Source of the DNA: Lama guanicoe
Lineage: Eukaryota
Assembly (NCBI GenBank): GCA_013239625.1
Contig: MU053216.1
Coordinates: forward strand, 1-64,000
Length of the DNA stretch: 64,000 nt
Reading direction: 5' to 3'
Shown here piece after piece: positions 45,243 to 59,300 of the stretch. The number at the start of each line of letters is the position of its first letter. Positions within the stretch are counted from its first letter, which is position 1. A program made the position numbers and the translations under genes. Below the pieces are notes generated by a model, which did no database searches, was not told the origin of the DNA, and was given only the letters and a program-made list of their open reading frames with translations.

Positions 45243-48189
45243 CCTAGGTGTTCTTTATAACATGATTATCTTTTCTTACATATATAGTATCTACTTAATA
45301 CAAAATATTCTTAAATTTAAAAAAAAACAACTTAAGGAGCTGATAGCAGAAGTGTCAAACTGCTACCTGCAAGCAGCAAACATTCACAACCATGATCTGT
45401 TTGGCCTGCACGGTGGGAACAGGCAAGCAGCCCAATAGCAGCTGTAACTTTATGGAGGGCTGTGCTCTCAGGTTCATCCTTGGCCCTACCTACCCAGCAT
45501 TGTAGTCACCTGCCTGGCCCTGGGAGGCACCTGAGTTTGCAACCACTAGTATAGAAAGAACTGGAAGGGGACAGGCCACATCTGCCCCAGCTCTGTCCAC
45601 ATTGTATGTGAGGAAACGAGCTAGGTGGAAGGCAGCTGGTGAGAGCCGGCGTATACACTTCCTCATTTTCCAGCAGATAGGACCAGGGGAAGGGTCTGGG
45701 CAAGGACATCCACCAAGTATCTCCTCCGTACTTTTCATGTGTCATTTTATGTCTTTTTATCTTTAACCCTGTTGAGTAGGTAATATTATCCCATCCCACA
45801 GATGAAAGAATTAAGGTGCCAAAAGACCAAGATGTTTTCACAAGGTGGCAGACAGGATTGGAGTATCTGAGTCCAGATCATTCTGACTTAAACCCCATGT
45901 TCTAAAGCCTCAGATCATTTAAAAATTCTGATTTCACTATCCTCCCTTGCCTTTACCAAAACTGCTAACTAGCAGCAGGTGAATGTTACCATCTTTCTCT
46001 AACTGCCTGCTATGATTCACTCACTTCCTACGTACTTGTTGAAGACCTGCTGTGAGCTAGGCACTACGGGAGAAAAGAAACTGAGGACAGAAATGCTAAT
46101 GAGTTGTGACTAAAGAAAGGCCAAGAATAAAGGCTAGGAATCTGACTCTACCATCTTCCTACCAATAAGTTAAAAATTAGGGAAGAGACTAATCTTTTAG
46201 GTATAGAACATCCATTGCCTTGCAATCTAAGACAGGTTCAGCAAAGCCCTATGTTTGGGAGTCCTTGATCCAAAATCTACTGACAAAGGAGTCCCATCTC
46301 ACCCCTAAAAGTGCCTTCTTTAGTATCTGTCTCATAGCCAGTCAGGGGCAGGAACCAGTTCTTGGGAGGCATGGGCTAGGCCTGAGTGCAAATTCACAAT
46401 GAAGTTCAAAGCGGCAGCTGGGCCCCTGCTTTGATTACACTCAGGAATTAAGAAGTGCATTTTCATGTCTGTCATACTCTGGTAGCACAAAAGTGCAATG
46501 TATTGTGCCTAGTTGGTTTAGAGATTTGACCTATATTCTACGTACTTGATCTTGAGTTGCACAGCAAATTCCCCATTCAGTCAGTTCCCTGACTGAACCC
46601 TTGGGTAGCTATAAACACCCGAATCACCCCAGGTGTCCAAACAAAAAAGGCAGGGCAATGTGTGGAACCTGACTGACTAACTCAACTTATCCAGACACAG
46701 CCCTCCAAGAATGGACATAAGAAACTCAGAATCAGTTTGGGCTGTAGGGTACTAGGTCAGATATCCAAAGGACTGGAAATATTCTTACATGAGGATAGTG
46801 TCCCCATGACTGAGAGATGCAAAACATGCCAGGGTTGTACCATTGGGGAAGTAAGAGAAATCTGAATGAGTTCCCTTGGTGTGTTGGTTTTTCTGCTAGC
46901 AGTTTCTCCATCTTTTACTCTTTGCAAAAGAAGTGGGCATATTCTAAACAAAGCTTCCTTTATTAAGTCTCCTCTCATTTTCGGAAAAACTCTTCAGTTT
47001 AGCAGCCAGGAATTAGGCAATATAATTAAAGCATCTGGATGCTATTCTGCAACCAGAAAACAAAGGATTATTTTTATTTAAAGTATGTATACTTCATTTA
47101 AAATATACATACTTTTCATTCACATGATGCAAATTTTAAAAGGCATAAAAATATGTAGAGGGAAAAATCTCCCACCCTGTCTCCCAACCAACCAGATACT
47201 CTCCAAATAAACTAATGTTACTACTTTATTTTGTATCTTTACAAATGCATCTTATACATATCCAAGCAAATGTGACTACATTTTCCCAACCTTTCACACA
47301 ACTAATGGCAAAGTATACACACTGTTCACAACTTCATGGTACTGGATTGTATGACACTGGATTTGTAATGCCCTCCTGATGGGCATTAAACTTGTTTTCA
47401 ATCCAACCTACAAACAACCTTACACACACATCATTTTACATTATACACAAACCACAGAGTTATCAAAATCACTGTTAAAGGATATCTGAAGTCATCATTT
47501 TGGTGAACTTTACCAAAATGCCTCCATTAAAACTTGTACCAATCCTACACTCAAAATATGTAAATCAGATAACTTAAGATCAGAGATACGATATAAAAAA
47601 TGTTAACGCTGTGTAAAATTAGATTTCTACCTACTTGGCTATAAGTGTTGTTATCCCTGAAGAATCAAAGGCTCCACAGAGTAAAATAGTACAAACCCAA
47701 TTGGTTTGGACATTCGCAAGAACTGAATCAAGGAACCTCATTAACTTCAGAGCCTCTGAGATAAGGGCGCCAAAATCAGTTAGTACAATTCTGAGTTGAA
47801 CGCTCAGCATCAAGAGCTGTGAAAGTCAACAGAAGAGGAACGGAGGAGGTGAGGACTCTGGGGACGGGATCTCCCTCACAGCGTCCAGCTTCTGGGGACC
47901 GCAAATTCCTTCCACTCAACTGTCTCGGAGGGCAAGAAGCAGAGGAGAACCACCCAAGGATGATGGCAGGCCCGATTGTGATGCAGAGAATGCTGAGGTG
48001 CGTGGTCGCACGGCTCAGAGGGGTCTCACCACAGCGATGGTCGGCCCGAAGAGGACACTGTGGACAATGGACGTGAAGAAATTGGAAGCCTCCGTAGGTT
48101 TTCTTGATGTGAGAGGGTTCCTGGATACCTGTCAGGTAAAACACTCGCTGCCGTCAGCTCCTTAGCTTACAAATCTCTGGAATTTTCTC

Positions 48190-48800
48190 AGTCCGCCGCG
48201 CCTCGCCACCCCAGGAAGCATCCTCTCGGCCAGTCAGGGCTGCGGGCTGCAGGAGGGCACTCGCGCCGGACGCCCTGCGCGTCCCCTCATCCCGGCTTCC
48301 TCCAAGTTCGCGCAGGCCGGCTCCGCGCATCCGCGGGTCACGTGCGCGGCGGGCTCAGCTGACGCGACTGGACGGGCGTGACGTCATCACAGCGCGCGGC
48401 CGCCGGGACGCCGCGGGAGCCTACGGGTCGGGGCGGCGGCGGCGCTTGGGCTCCTACTGAGCCGGCCGCTAGCCCCGCGCCCACCCCACGGGCCGGAGTG
48501 CAGGTGAGTGGCCAGGAGGAGGCGGCCGGCGCCCTTCCCTCCTGCCTCCCCTACCGTGGTCCCCTCCGAGCGGAGAGGGGTCTGCTGGCGTCGAGCGCCC
48601 CCGCCCTCCACCTGGAGGCTCTTCTCCCGCCGAGTAGGCGGCCCTTCCCAGAAGCCGAGCCCTGCCCGCGGCTTCCGCGGCGCAGCCCCTCTACTCGGGT
48701 GCTCGCTGGCTCGCGGGAGCCCCTGATAGGTCATCTCGGGAGCGGAGGGCGGAGGGCGGAGGGCGAAGGCCGGGTCCCCCAGGAGATGGGGTGTGACAGT
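48190..48800 (+). promoter_or_regulatory. KLHL12: KLHL12 CpG-island promoter and non-coding exon 1 (donor GT at 48504)
   Basis: CpG-rich; E-box GTCACGTG at 48337-48344; full CRE TGACGTCA at 48379-48386; CAG|GTGAGT donor. Confidence 0.85.
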
Positions 48801-50215
48801 GAGACAGGCCCAGCCCTGTCGAAACCCACCCCCACGAAAGTCTTCGCGGTAAATGGGGGGCTTCTGTTCAGACCTTTCCCGTATCTCCAGAGTTGAAACT
48901 GAGTTGACTTAAGAAAAGTCTTTTTGAAAATCATCTTATGCTTGGATGAATCACGTCCTTTTCTGTAAAATGGATCTTGCAGAGTTATGGGAGGGATTAT
49001 CTAGAGTGCTTATATAATAATATGCTAATTATAAACAGGAGTAGATGAGAATTTAGGATCTCGTTTTTACTATTCATATGAAATTATTATTGTGAGTTGT
49101 GGACTGTTGAAAACCATAGTTTTGTTTCCCCCCTTGGATCAGTTCAGAAGGTTTTGGATTCCACATAAGATAGGCTTTTAATAACCACCTAGTTTCATTC
49201 CCCAGAAATTGCTCTTGAAGCAAACAAACAAAAAAATAGTGTGACTAAAAACCTGCAAACAATGAAAAAAGTACTTGTAACATTAATTTCTTTTTTATAT
49301 GTAACCCATTACTGAGTTCCTTTAATGCATACACGTGACAGGCTGTGGCAGTAAAATTAGTAGTGGAGTTTTGTTAGGTTTCTATCCTAGTTAGTCTCTT
49401 TCAGTGTAGAAGAATTACTACAAATATTGATTTGTTAATGGACATTTACTAATAATGTAGAGTAGAAAGAGCCTTCTATAGGACAGCCTCAATAGTTTAA
49501 GTGAAAGTCCATAGATAAGCTTGCATGGTTTCCATTTTTCAGTATAGGTATTGGACCCTATTTTCAAGTTTTATTTTAAGGAGAAATCCAGATGTATTTG
49601 GAAATCATCATAAATATTTGCATGCTTCTTTAGAAAACAGTTTATTTTCACTCATACTAGCTTTTATTGCTCTAGGTTGAATACACAATTTTTCTTTTCT
49701 TGCATTGTACTACTAAGCATTTATTGTGTACTTGCTAGGTGAGAAAAATATATAAAATAGGGTCCCCACCATCTAAATATTTACCTACTTCACCTACTTA
49801 AGGGTATTAAAAATAGTGATGTCACACCTCTAAGAAATTTTATCTTTCCATTTTATCATGTGAGACAACAGCCTTGTGAAGATATGCAGGAAATGTTTCT
49901 TTCGCTTATAATGCCATTGAGCATTGATTATAATAAATGTCAAGTGGTTGAGTCACGGGATTACAATGGAATTCAGAGGAAGAAGAGATTGTTTTCACTT
50001 GGGCTGGTGAGTGGCTAGATTGTGTCGGTGATGCCAGGAATAGTAATGCTCCCTACTTTTGGACGTGTGGATCTGATGGAGCCTCCTTAACTTGTGAAGC
50101 TAACAGAACGTAGTTTCCCCAGTCCTTCATACACACATTGTTTTTTTCCCTCTTGTAGTTGCAGAATCCAAGGACCCCTTTCATCCTTTCTCCATACTGC
50201 TTGGTAGGAGGCATT

Positions 50216-50398
50216 ATGGCCCCCAAAGACATAATGACAAATACTCATGCTAAATCCATCCTCAATTCAATGAACTCCCTCAGGAAGAGCAACACCCTGT
50301 GTGATGTGACGCTGAGAGTAGAGCAGAAAGACTTCCCTGCCCATCGGATCGTGCTGGCTGCCTGTAGCGATTACTTCTGCGCCATGTTCACTAGTGAG
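50216..50398 (+). CDS. KLHL12: KLHL12 first coding exon (exon starts at 50159)
   Basis: MAPKDIMTN...[22 protein letters not shown]. Confidence 0.93.
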
Positions 50399-53300
50399 GT
50401 GAGTGGTGACTTATCTTCTCACAAGTGGAACTCACACTGAATGAAATGGTAGAAGTTTGATATGATGGTGAATTTCTGTATTATGGTGGTTAGATAGGCA
50501 GACTCTGGATAAGATCTGCCACTTGACTGAGCTTTCATTTCCTCATGTCTAAATTAGAGATTCTACACTTATTGTGACAATTACTTGAGAAGATTGCACT
50601 AGACGTGCTTAGAAAATTGTCTAGCATATAATAAAACACAAATATCAGCTATTGGATTTTACGTATTGTTTTTTAAATTTGCTTTCCTGTTTTTCTTCTA
50701 AAGTTTAATGTTTTAAAGTGAATATCAGGAAATAGGGAGGAGGGAAGGATAGAGGAGTAAGATTCAGTCTTCATCCCGTTCTTTACAACAATATGTGAAG
50801 AAAATCAGTATTCATTCTACCAATGTAGATTTTAGAGTAATTGCAAATCGGATACATGAACTATAACTTGGGAAAACATACTGACTCTGGAGCACAAGCC
50901 CTTAAAGGGACTTAGAAGCAGGTTGGCTTGGCAAGAAAAATGTAGTGCTGACAAAATATTAAGAAAGACTGCCTAGGGATGCGGTGTATAGCTCAGTGGT
51001 AGAGCACATGCCTAGCATGCGTGAGGTCCTGGGTTCAATCACCAATACCTCCATTAAGAAAAAGTAGCAATTAACAAATTAAATAAATAAACCTAATTAC
51101 CTCCCCCCTTCCCCCGCCCCCCCAAAAAAAAAGACTGCCTTAGTGATTGCCTGGCAAGACACCTAAGATGTGGAAGAGGCTGTTGAGTGACTTGTGAGAG
51201 ACTCTTAGAGAGCTGAGCAGAGGAGAGCCCTGCAACTCTCATTTTCCAAGATCTCAAGTTTGATTTTTAAATTTTAAATAAAATTATCTTGATTTCTTTT
51301 TAAGCTTCAGTGGTGAGAACACCAGTGTTTATATCATTTATCTCTACTTAGACATAAACCCGAAATAGTTCATCATGATAAAACTTTCTAAAAACCTTTA
51401 CCTGGGGTGGGAGGGTATAGTTTAAGTGGTAGAGTGCATGCACAAAGTCCTGGGTTCAATCCCTAGTACCTCCTCTAAAAACAAATAAAGTAAGTAAACC
51501 TAACTACCTCCCCACTACAAAAAAAAAAATCCTTTACCCACTGGTGTTTTCTCAGTGCAGACGTTGCAGGTGATCTGAGTGGGAGAGAGAGTATCATGGT
51601 AGTGACAGTGGCTGCCTTTTGTGGGCCAGATGCTGTGTTAGGTGATTGTCGAGTCCTGGTCACCCCACGGCAGATGTTACAGTCTCATCGTACAAACGGA
51701 GACAGAAGCTCTCAGATGCTAATGCCTAACTGCTTGTAAATGGTGGAGGGGATTCAACCCTAAGTTTTCTGACCCTGAAGCCTGGAAGGCTGTTAACTGC
51801 TGTGCCTCCTCTGCCTCTGAAATATGGACTCTTATACTTCAGTTTAAGTTAGTTTCATTCTGATTTTTACGTTCAGTTGATAAAGCCAGAGTCGTGAGTG
51901 AGTGCTCAGTCACGTGGCTGCGAGGAGTAACGTGGAAGCTTGGCAGGTCCTCCCTGCGGACTGAGGCTAATTTTACAGTGACCCTGTGCAGAGCAGCGTT
52001 TCAGGCCCTGTGCTGTGCTGTCCTGGCTCCCGCGAGGTCGGCCCAGAGCATCTGAAGCGCTAGTGTTTAACTGGGCGAGGACAGTGTCACGCAGCTGCCA
52101 GCAGGAGGCACTGAGCACTCCACCGCTGACTCTGATTACGCACTGTGCACCTGTCTTCACTCTTCCTCTGCACATGCAGGAATTAGCGTGGGCTTCTGTG
52201 AAAGAATTTGCTTTCATTTTTCTTCTCATCAGTGACTATTTTATAGTCTTTTTTAAAAAAACTGACATCAGGCAAGAAAATGCCAGATGGTTTTGCATTT
52301 TTTGTGGGGGGTTATAATTGACCTTCACACAGTGTTAGTTTGGAGGAGTACAACATAGTAATTCGGTATTTCTATACAGTATAAAATGGTCACCACAATA
52401 AACCTCGTTACCACCTGCCACTATTCAGAATTACTATAATATTATTTACTTTTTCTTAATTGAAGTCTAGTTGATTTGCAGTGTTGTGTTCAGGTGTACA
52501 GGGTGTTGTGACTCATTTATTTTGTAATGGGAAGTTTGTACCTATTAAGCTCCCTCTTCTGTTTCATTCATCCACCCCCTTGAATCTTGGGGTGTTCTTT
52601 GGTTTTCTTCATTTTCCTTGTATCTCTGACTTGCATTTAGGAGTCACAGTTATTACTGTGGTCTCTCAGGGCTGGGTTGGTTTTTATGTGAGCGTGTACC
52701 CGTGTAGACTGTGTGTGTGTCTAATATTTTGTCGCAAGGGTTGTTTGTAGTGTGGATGGTACCTCCTCTTTCTTCCACACGTGCTGGCTTTCCTCCCCTT
52801 GATAGGGTGTGACTGGTGTTGTGGTGACCAGAGCCTTCCCTCGTTGTTGTGCAGGGCCTCATCTTTGCTTTGTGGTTGTCACAGCCCTGCTGGGAGCCAG
52901 ATCTACTCCCCTGTGGTTGGAGCAGAGGCCCCCAAACCCATTTCTGAGCTGCGGTGTGTGGTAGGTGGGATTGGAGCTCTTCTGCTGGAAGAGGAGCTGC
53001 TGAGTATTCCTCCACAGGAGATGTCCACCAGGAAGTGCCCTCTGTGTTGTTGTGTGTCACTTGTTACGTGGGCTCACAAGGTACACTTTGTTGACACTGC
53101 CCTTGTCCCCGCCTCAGCCATGGGAATATTAACAGCCCCCTCTTGTGTCCCCCAGATTCTGTGCCCACAGAGCCACCAATGCAGATCCGCCAGCTTTAGG
53201 TGCTAGGACCCACCATAGTGCGCATGCAGTCAGGCACCCAGATCCACCACGAACCACAGGGTCAGCCCAGACCCCAGCCCCAAGTCCCCAAACTCTGGCT

Positions 53301-56300
53301 GCTACTAACAGCAGACCCGCCCCACGCCAGCAGTCTGTTAGGTTGTCTCAGGCACAGGTTCAGAAAGACCCCGGCAGCACAAATCTGCCACCACCTCCTG
53401 GGGCTCAAAACAGATCCTTAGGGTTTTTGTTTTTAATTGAAGTATAGCTGATTTACAATGTTGTATTAGTTTCAATTACACAGCAAGGTGACTCAGTTTT
53501 ATATCTATATATACGTTCTCGTTCAGATTCTTTCCCATTATAGGTTTTTACAAGATACTGAATATAGTTCCTTGTGCTATACAGTTGGACCTTGTTTATC
53601 TGTTTTGTGTATAGTAGTTTATATCTGTTAATCCCCAACTCCTAATTTATCCCTCCCCGCCCTTTCCCCTTTGGTAACCATAAGTTTGTTTTCTATGTCT
53701 GTGAGTCTGTCTGTTTTGTAAATGAGTTCATTTATATCCTTGTTTTACATCCCACTTATAAGTGATATCATATGGTATTTTTCTTTCTCTTTCTGATTTA
53801 CTTCACTTAGTATGATGATCTCTAGGTCCCTCCATGTCGCTGCAAATGGCATTATTTCATTCTTTTTATGGCTGAGTAGTATTCCATTGTGTATATATAC
53901 CACAACTTCCTTATCCAGTTATCTGTCCGTGAACATTTAGGTTGTTTCTATCTCTTGGCTGTTGTAAATAGTGCTGCTGTGAACATTGGCGTGCTTGTGT
54001 CTTTCCGAATTAGAGTTTTTGCTGGATATATGGCCAGGAGTGGGATTGCTGGATCATATGGTAATGCTATTGTTAGTTTTTTAAGGAACCTCCATACTGT
54101 TCTCCATACCCTTGAGTTTATTTTTAAGATTATTGGGTTTAAAGGAGAGGGTCTAGAGACCTGGATTTTTAGGTTCGGTCCCTTAGCAACTCTCTGTGAA
54201 CTCTGGCGACCGTCTACCTTCACCGGATTGCCTGCAGAACAGAGTGGTTGAACTCAGTGGTCTCGTCTTTCTCTTCCAGCCCTGAGCTGCTCCTCAGGTG
54301 GTTGCAGCTAAAAGAGCTCAGGCTGAGGCGGGAGGGCCTAGGTTCTGTCTGTCTCTTCTAGTTGAGACCTTGGTTAAGTCTCGCAACTTCTTTGAACCTT
54401 AGGTCTTTTATGTATTAAATGGCAGTAATGTCAGACCTAACTGCCTTACCAGCTTGCTGTGAGAATCAGATAGATGAAATAATAGTAAGTGAGAGGCACT
54501 CTGAAAAATTGTAAAGCAAATATAAATGTGAGTGAAATACTACAATTGCTCTAGGTTATTAGATAGTGAACTCATTTCCATATTTAAGCTATTTGTCTAA
54601 TGGGAGTATAGTTTATTCAATACAAAACTCCTGAAATAAATGTACTTACGTATTTCTGTTTGTGAATACTTACACTGGTTTAAATTTTGGTAAAATGTTT
54701 CTCTGAAGTAAGGGCAGATAGACAGCTTGTGTGTAGTCTAAGGACAGAGGACAGTGCTGGCTAGTCCTGGGGGGTCTGGAGCTGGGTCCAGCGGGGCTCT
54801 CTGTAAGCATGAAATCTCAGTGAATTTTGTATTTCATCTTAAAAGCTCACAGACACTAGTGGCATGCTCATGGAACTTTTGGTTCTATTCCGTGTTACAT
54901 GTGTATTTGTTTTAATATGAAAATAGCATTTTAAATTATTCACAGGTAAAATTGATGTTCCAGGAAGGTGTCACCTCTGTGTGCTCTTGGGTCACATGTA
55001 GCCCCTCCACTGGAAAAGCTGGAAATACATGCCGTGCTTCCTTTGTACAAATCAAACAAAATAGACGGTAATTTTTTTTTAAGATGTGTATTCAGTTAAT
55101 ATTGTTGACATCCATTCAAGCTCCTGGATATGAGATTCTGCCTCTATCTTGTGGGATGATAACCACCAGAGTGACTTCATACCCTTTGAACTTTCAGCTT
55201 TCAGAGAAGGGGAAACCGTACGTTGATATCCAGGGTTTAACTGCCTCTACCATGGAAATCCTGTTGGACTTTGTGTACACAGAAACCGTGCACGTGACAG
55301 TAGAGAACGTCCAAGAACTGCTCCCTGCAGCCTGCCTGCTGCAGCTGAAAGGTACAGATGCTAAAGGTGCTCTTGTTCATGCCAAGGTAGCCCTGGAGAT
55401 GTTTAAAATTCAAGATGTAAACTTAATCGTCAACATTAAGGAGACAGACTACAGGCCTGAGGTTCACTGTTCATGGCACAGAAGATCAGATTTCAGTTGC
55501 AGTATAGAGCAGCCTCTCCAAATGTGTTTGGCTCTTTAGAAGAGAGCATGTACTGTCTGTTTTTTAAAAAATGGAAAAGGGGATGATAGATGTACTGTCT
55601 TACGTATATGTACGTAAGAGTCCTGTGAGGACACAGGAAACTGAGATGGTTCATTGCCTCCGTGGAAGGGAACTAAATGGCCACATATATAGGGAGGGGA
55701 GGCAAACTATTCACGTAAAGCCCTCTATGCCTTTAATCTTTGGAGCCATATAAATTGTCTATGAAAAGTTTATTGACACACAATAACATTTTCACAGGAT
55801 TCGAGATGGTCCCCCTTCCAGTTTGCAGTCTGTCTTTCTTAACCTCTGTTCTGTTTCTGTCATTTTCAGTTTTTAATGTATGATTGAAACAGTGGGACAC
55901 TTTTGCATTAGTGCACAGCTGCAAAATTAAGCTTACAGTCTGAGCATTTCAGTTAGAGAAATATGAGGTTGTCATTAGTACTTTGTATTTTTCCTTCGCT
56001 GGAGTCTTTTAGTAAGTTTCTGTGTGGACTGGAAATTATACTGTGCTGAATTACAGTTGGTTTTATAGCTTGATTCCCAAGAGTTTTATAGGCATTTTTT
56101 GTTTAACTTTGGAGGTGTCCTTGGAAGCATTTCGTCCTGCTGTACTTGTCTTAATGCTGCAGCGGGCATCTGTGAAGGCAGTGCTGAAGGCCACACAGCA
56201 CATGAGACAGAAGTAAGGTTTGAATTCTCTAAGCATAAATCTTCTAACGTGATTCCTAGGTGTGGAGCCAGGACTCCTCTGATACTGTGTGGACATGCTG

Positions 56301-59300
56301 TGATCCACGAATACAGACCCATCCCCCTGGCCGAGAACCTCAGGGACTTAACTGTCTGTCTGCCCTAGGTGTGAAGCAAGCCTGCTGTGAATTCTTGGAA
56401 AGCCAGCTGGACCCTTCCAACTGCCTGGGTATCAGGGACTTTGCTGAAACTCACAACTGTGTTGACCTGATGCAAGCAGCTGAGGTGTTTAGCCAGAAGC
56501 ATTTTCCTGAAGTGGTGCAGCATGAAGAGTTCATTCTTCTAAGTCAAGGGGAGGTGGAGAAGCTGATCAAGTGTGATGAAATTCAGGTACAGACTGGCTG
56601 GAATTATGCTTCCTTCAAGGCTGGACCATAGAACCAAAAAGCAGGGTGGAGTTACTGTGCTTCTGTACCACGGCTTTTCAGTCACGTGTCCTCAGTCACG
56701 TGGCTCTGAGGGTTCATTAAATGCCCCTGAAATTATATGCCAGATGTGTTCGCATATTTGTGGGAGGGAGTTTGCCACCTTCACCAATAAAACCTGTGAT
56801 CCCAGTGGTTAAGAATCACTGTTAAACAGTTTGGAATAAGCAGAAATTGGAAGTAAAACACTTCTCTACTACTCATTCACTCATCTTTAAACATTTACTG
56901 AGAAAATCCAGTAGTTAGCAGTCACTATGCCAGGTGCTGGGGACCCAGGCATGAGAAAGATAGTCTTGTTTTCAGAGAATTCACAGTGCAGTGGTACAGA
57001 CAAAAAGACAAAAATTATAATAAAGTGTCATGAGAATAATGAGCCCGTTCAGAGTGAGGAATTTACATAGAAGAGAGAAAAGTAAACCTGTGGGTTTAAG
57101 TGAGATCAAGAAGAAAGTGAATCAAAGAGGATGGGACAGAAGTTGGGGACAGTAAGCAGGAGACAGATGGTCAGTGCCTCCTGGGAGTCAAGGGCCTTGC
57201 AGGCTGGATGTTAAAGCAGTCATGTCCCACCTGCCTGTGCCCAGGCAGGCGCTCAGTGACCTCTCCCAGCAAGGGGAATCTTAGTGTCAGCAGGTCGGCA
57301 GAGTTGTGGTTGCATCTAGGTCTGTCATGAGGCTAAGAACAGGAGTGAGTCCCGCAGGGTGGAGGTGTCTGCAGCCAGGGTCCAGCGCTCTATTTGTTGT
57401 GCCCGCAGAGCCAGGTGCTGGGGTGAGAGCCCACCTGCTGGGCTTCGTTTCCCCAGGGAGGAGGCATCCAGTTCTCTAGGAAGACTGAGAGTTCATTTTT
57501 TCTCCTCTCACTGTCCTCAGATAATAATGAAAAATGACTTTAAATTAGTGGATTCCCAGAAGTTAGTGGCATCTCAGTTTAAACAAAAGATATGTTGGAA
57601 GGAATCAAAGTTTGATTAATGTTCTAAGTGCCACAGAATGAATTTGGTACTTAAAGAAATTCTGTAATATACTTTTGTAAACAAATGATTACTCCCTGAT
57701 TTATTTTGCTATATCTAGGATTTCCATGTAATAACAAGTCTTAAATATATTTCTTACCAATGTTTAGCCAACTTCTTCTTGATGCCTTTCCTTAGTGAGT
57801 TTTCTGAGGGAAGTTGATTGGGGGCGTGTTGGTGCCCTTGTTTCCGACAAGAGGGATGATTTGCAGTCTGACGTGTGGTTTCACATCAGCCCAGAGACAC
57901 TGCTCTTGCAAGTCTACAGAGTCAAGTATTTGCTGAAGCTCTGTTCTCACCCTCACGGAGCGAGGGCTATGTTCTTGCACAGAATGCCAGATACAGCGGG
58001 TAGAATGAGCTCTGCAGACGTGAAGTTCATCACACAGGGTCATAAAATAACTAACTATTGGTTTATTTATCAAGTATTTATTGAGTACTTACTCTGTGCT
58101 CAGAACAGTTCCAGGTGCTGGGGATGCAGTTTTGGATAAAACAGACAATAATCCCTGTATCATGCAGTTTCCATCCTCATGGTACTATTCCTGGCATTTT
58201 TTAACTTATTTAATTCTCAGAACCCTCTTCATTTTTCACAGGAGGAAACGGATGCTACGAGGTTGGTTATCACACCACAGTAGGAGGTGGTAGAGCCAGG
58301 ACTCACATCTAGAGTCTGTCTTTTAAACGCAAAACTGAGATGGCCACCTCGCCAGCTTGTTTCTGTTTGACCAAATCAGGAAGCAATCATAGCAGCCATT
58401 TCTTTTAGAGCTGTGTAGGTTTGGGGATAAAACTGTCTGGAACAGGGAGGGCAAATAACCTATTCGGAAGCTGAGCTGAACTCTTGTATAGTCTTCCATA
58501 AGTGTCTGGCAAGACAGGCCTTTGTTCGTTTGTTTTTCAGCAAATGACATTTTTTTTCTCTTTCATATACCAGCTGGAAAGAGGAACCAGATGTCTGGCT
58601 CCCATTGCTAACTAACACTTTTTCTGAATTATATAAAACAGTGTCTTCAGTAAGGTCGAGTATCTCTGCCCATGATCAAAAACCCCATTTTAAATGGATG
58701 TATCTAATTTAAACCTAGAATGTGTCAGGGTCTAGCATGCAGCTGTTTAAAACTATTAGCCTGTTGTCCTTGTCTTTAACAAAAGTTTATTTAAAAAATC
58801 AGACACCCTTCTGCACCCTCTCCTGCATCTCAGCCCGCTGTGGGCTGGGTTAGTCTGACCTCCCGTGAATTTGGTACCCAAGTTTCTGCACCACTGCCAT
58901 CGTCTAAGCAGCATCACCTTTTGCCTCTACGTGGGCTCCCATCTCTCAGCCCATCTGAGCTATTCTACTGTGGTTATCAGAGCCGTCTTCACACAACATC
59001 GATGTGATCATGTCAGGCCTACTTGAAACCTTATTAAGGTTTCCACCTCCTCTTAGAGTGAACTCCAGTCTCCTAATGCTCCGTGTGCTTCTCTGGCTTG
59101 AGCTTTTTCATCCCCTCATTCATTCTACCACACCAGGTCAGTCCCTAAGCTGTCCACTAGGACGTTCTGTGAAGATGGGAAAGTTCTGGATCTGTGCTGT
59201 CCAGTTCACTAGCCAGTAGCCGTGTGTTGCCGTTTCAGCACTTGAAATTTGGCCAGTGTGACTAAGAAGCTGAGTTTTTAATTTAACTTAATTTTAAGTA

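Noticed and set aside
48378..48896. 172-aa ORF at the KLHL12 promoter
   Set aside because: GC-rich island with a GTG start; it runs through the splice donor into the intron.
50976..51051. Possible tRNA-Ala gene
   Set aside because: Mismatched stems, a family-specific tail, poly(A), a TSD and a sister copy nearby identify it as a SINE.
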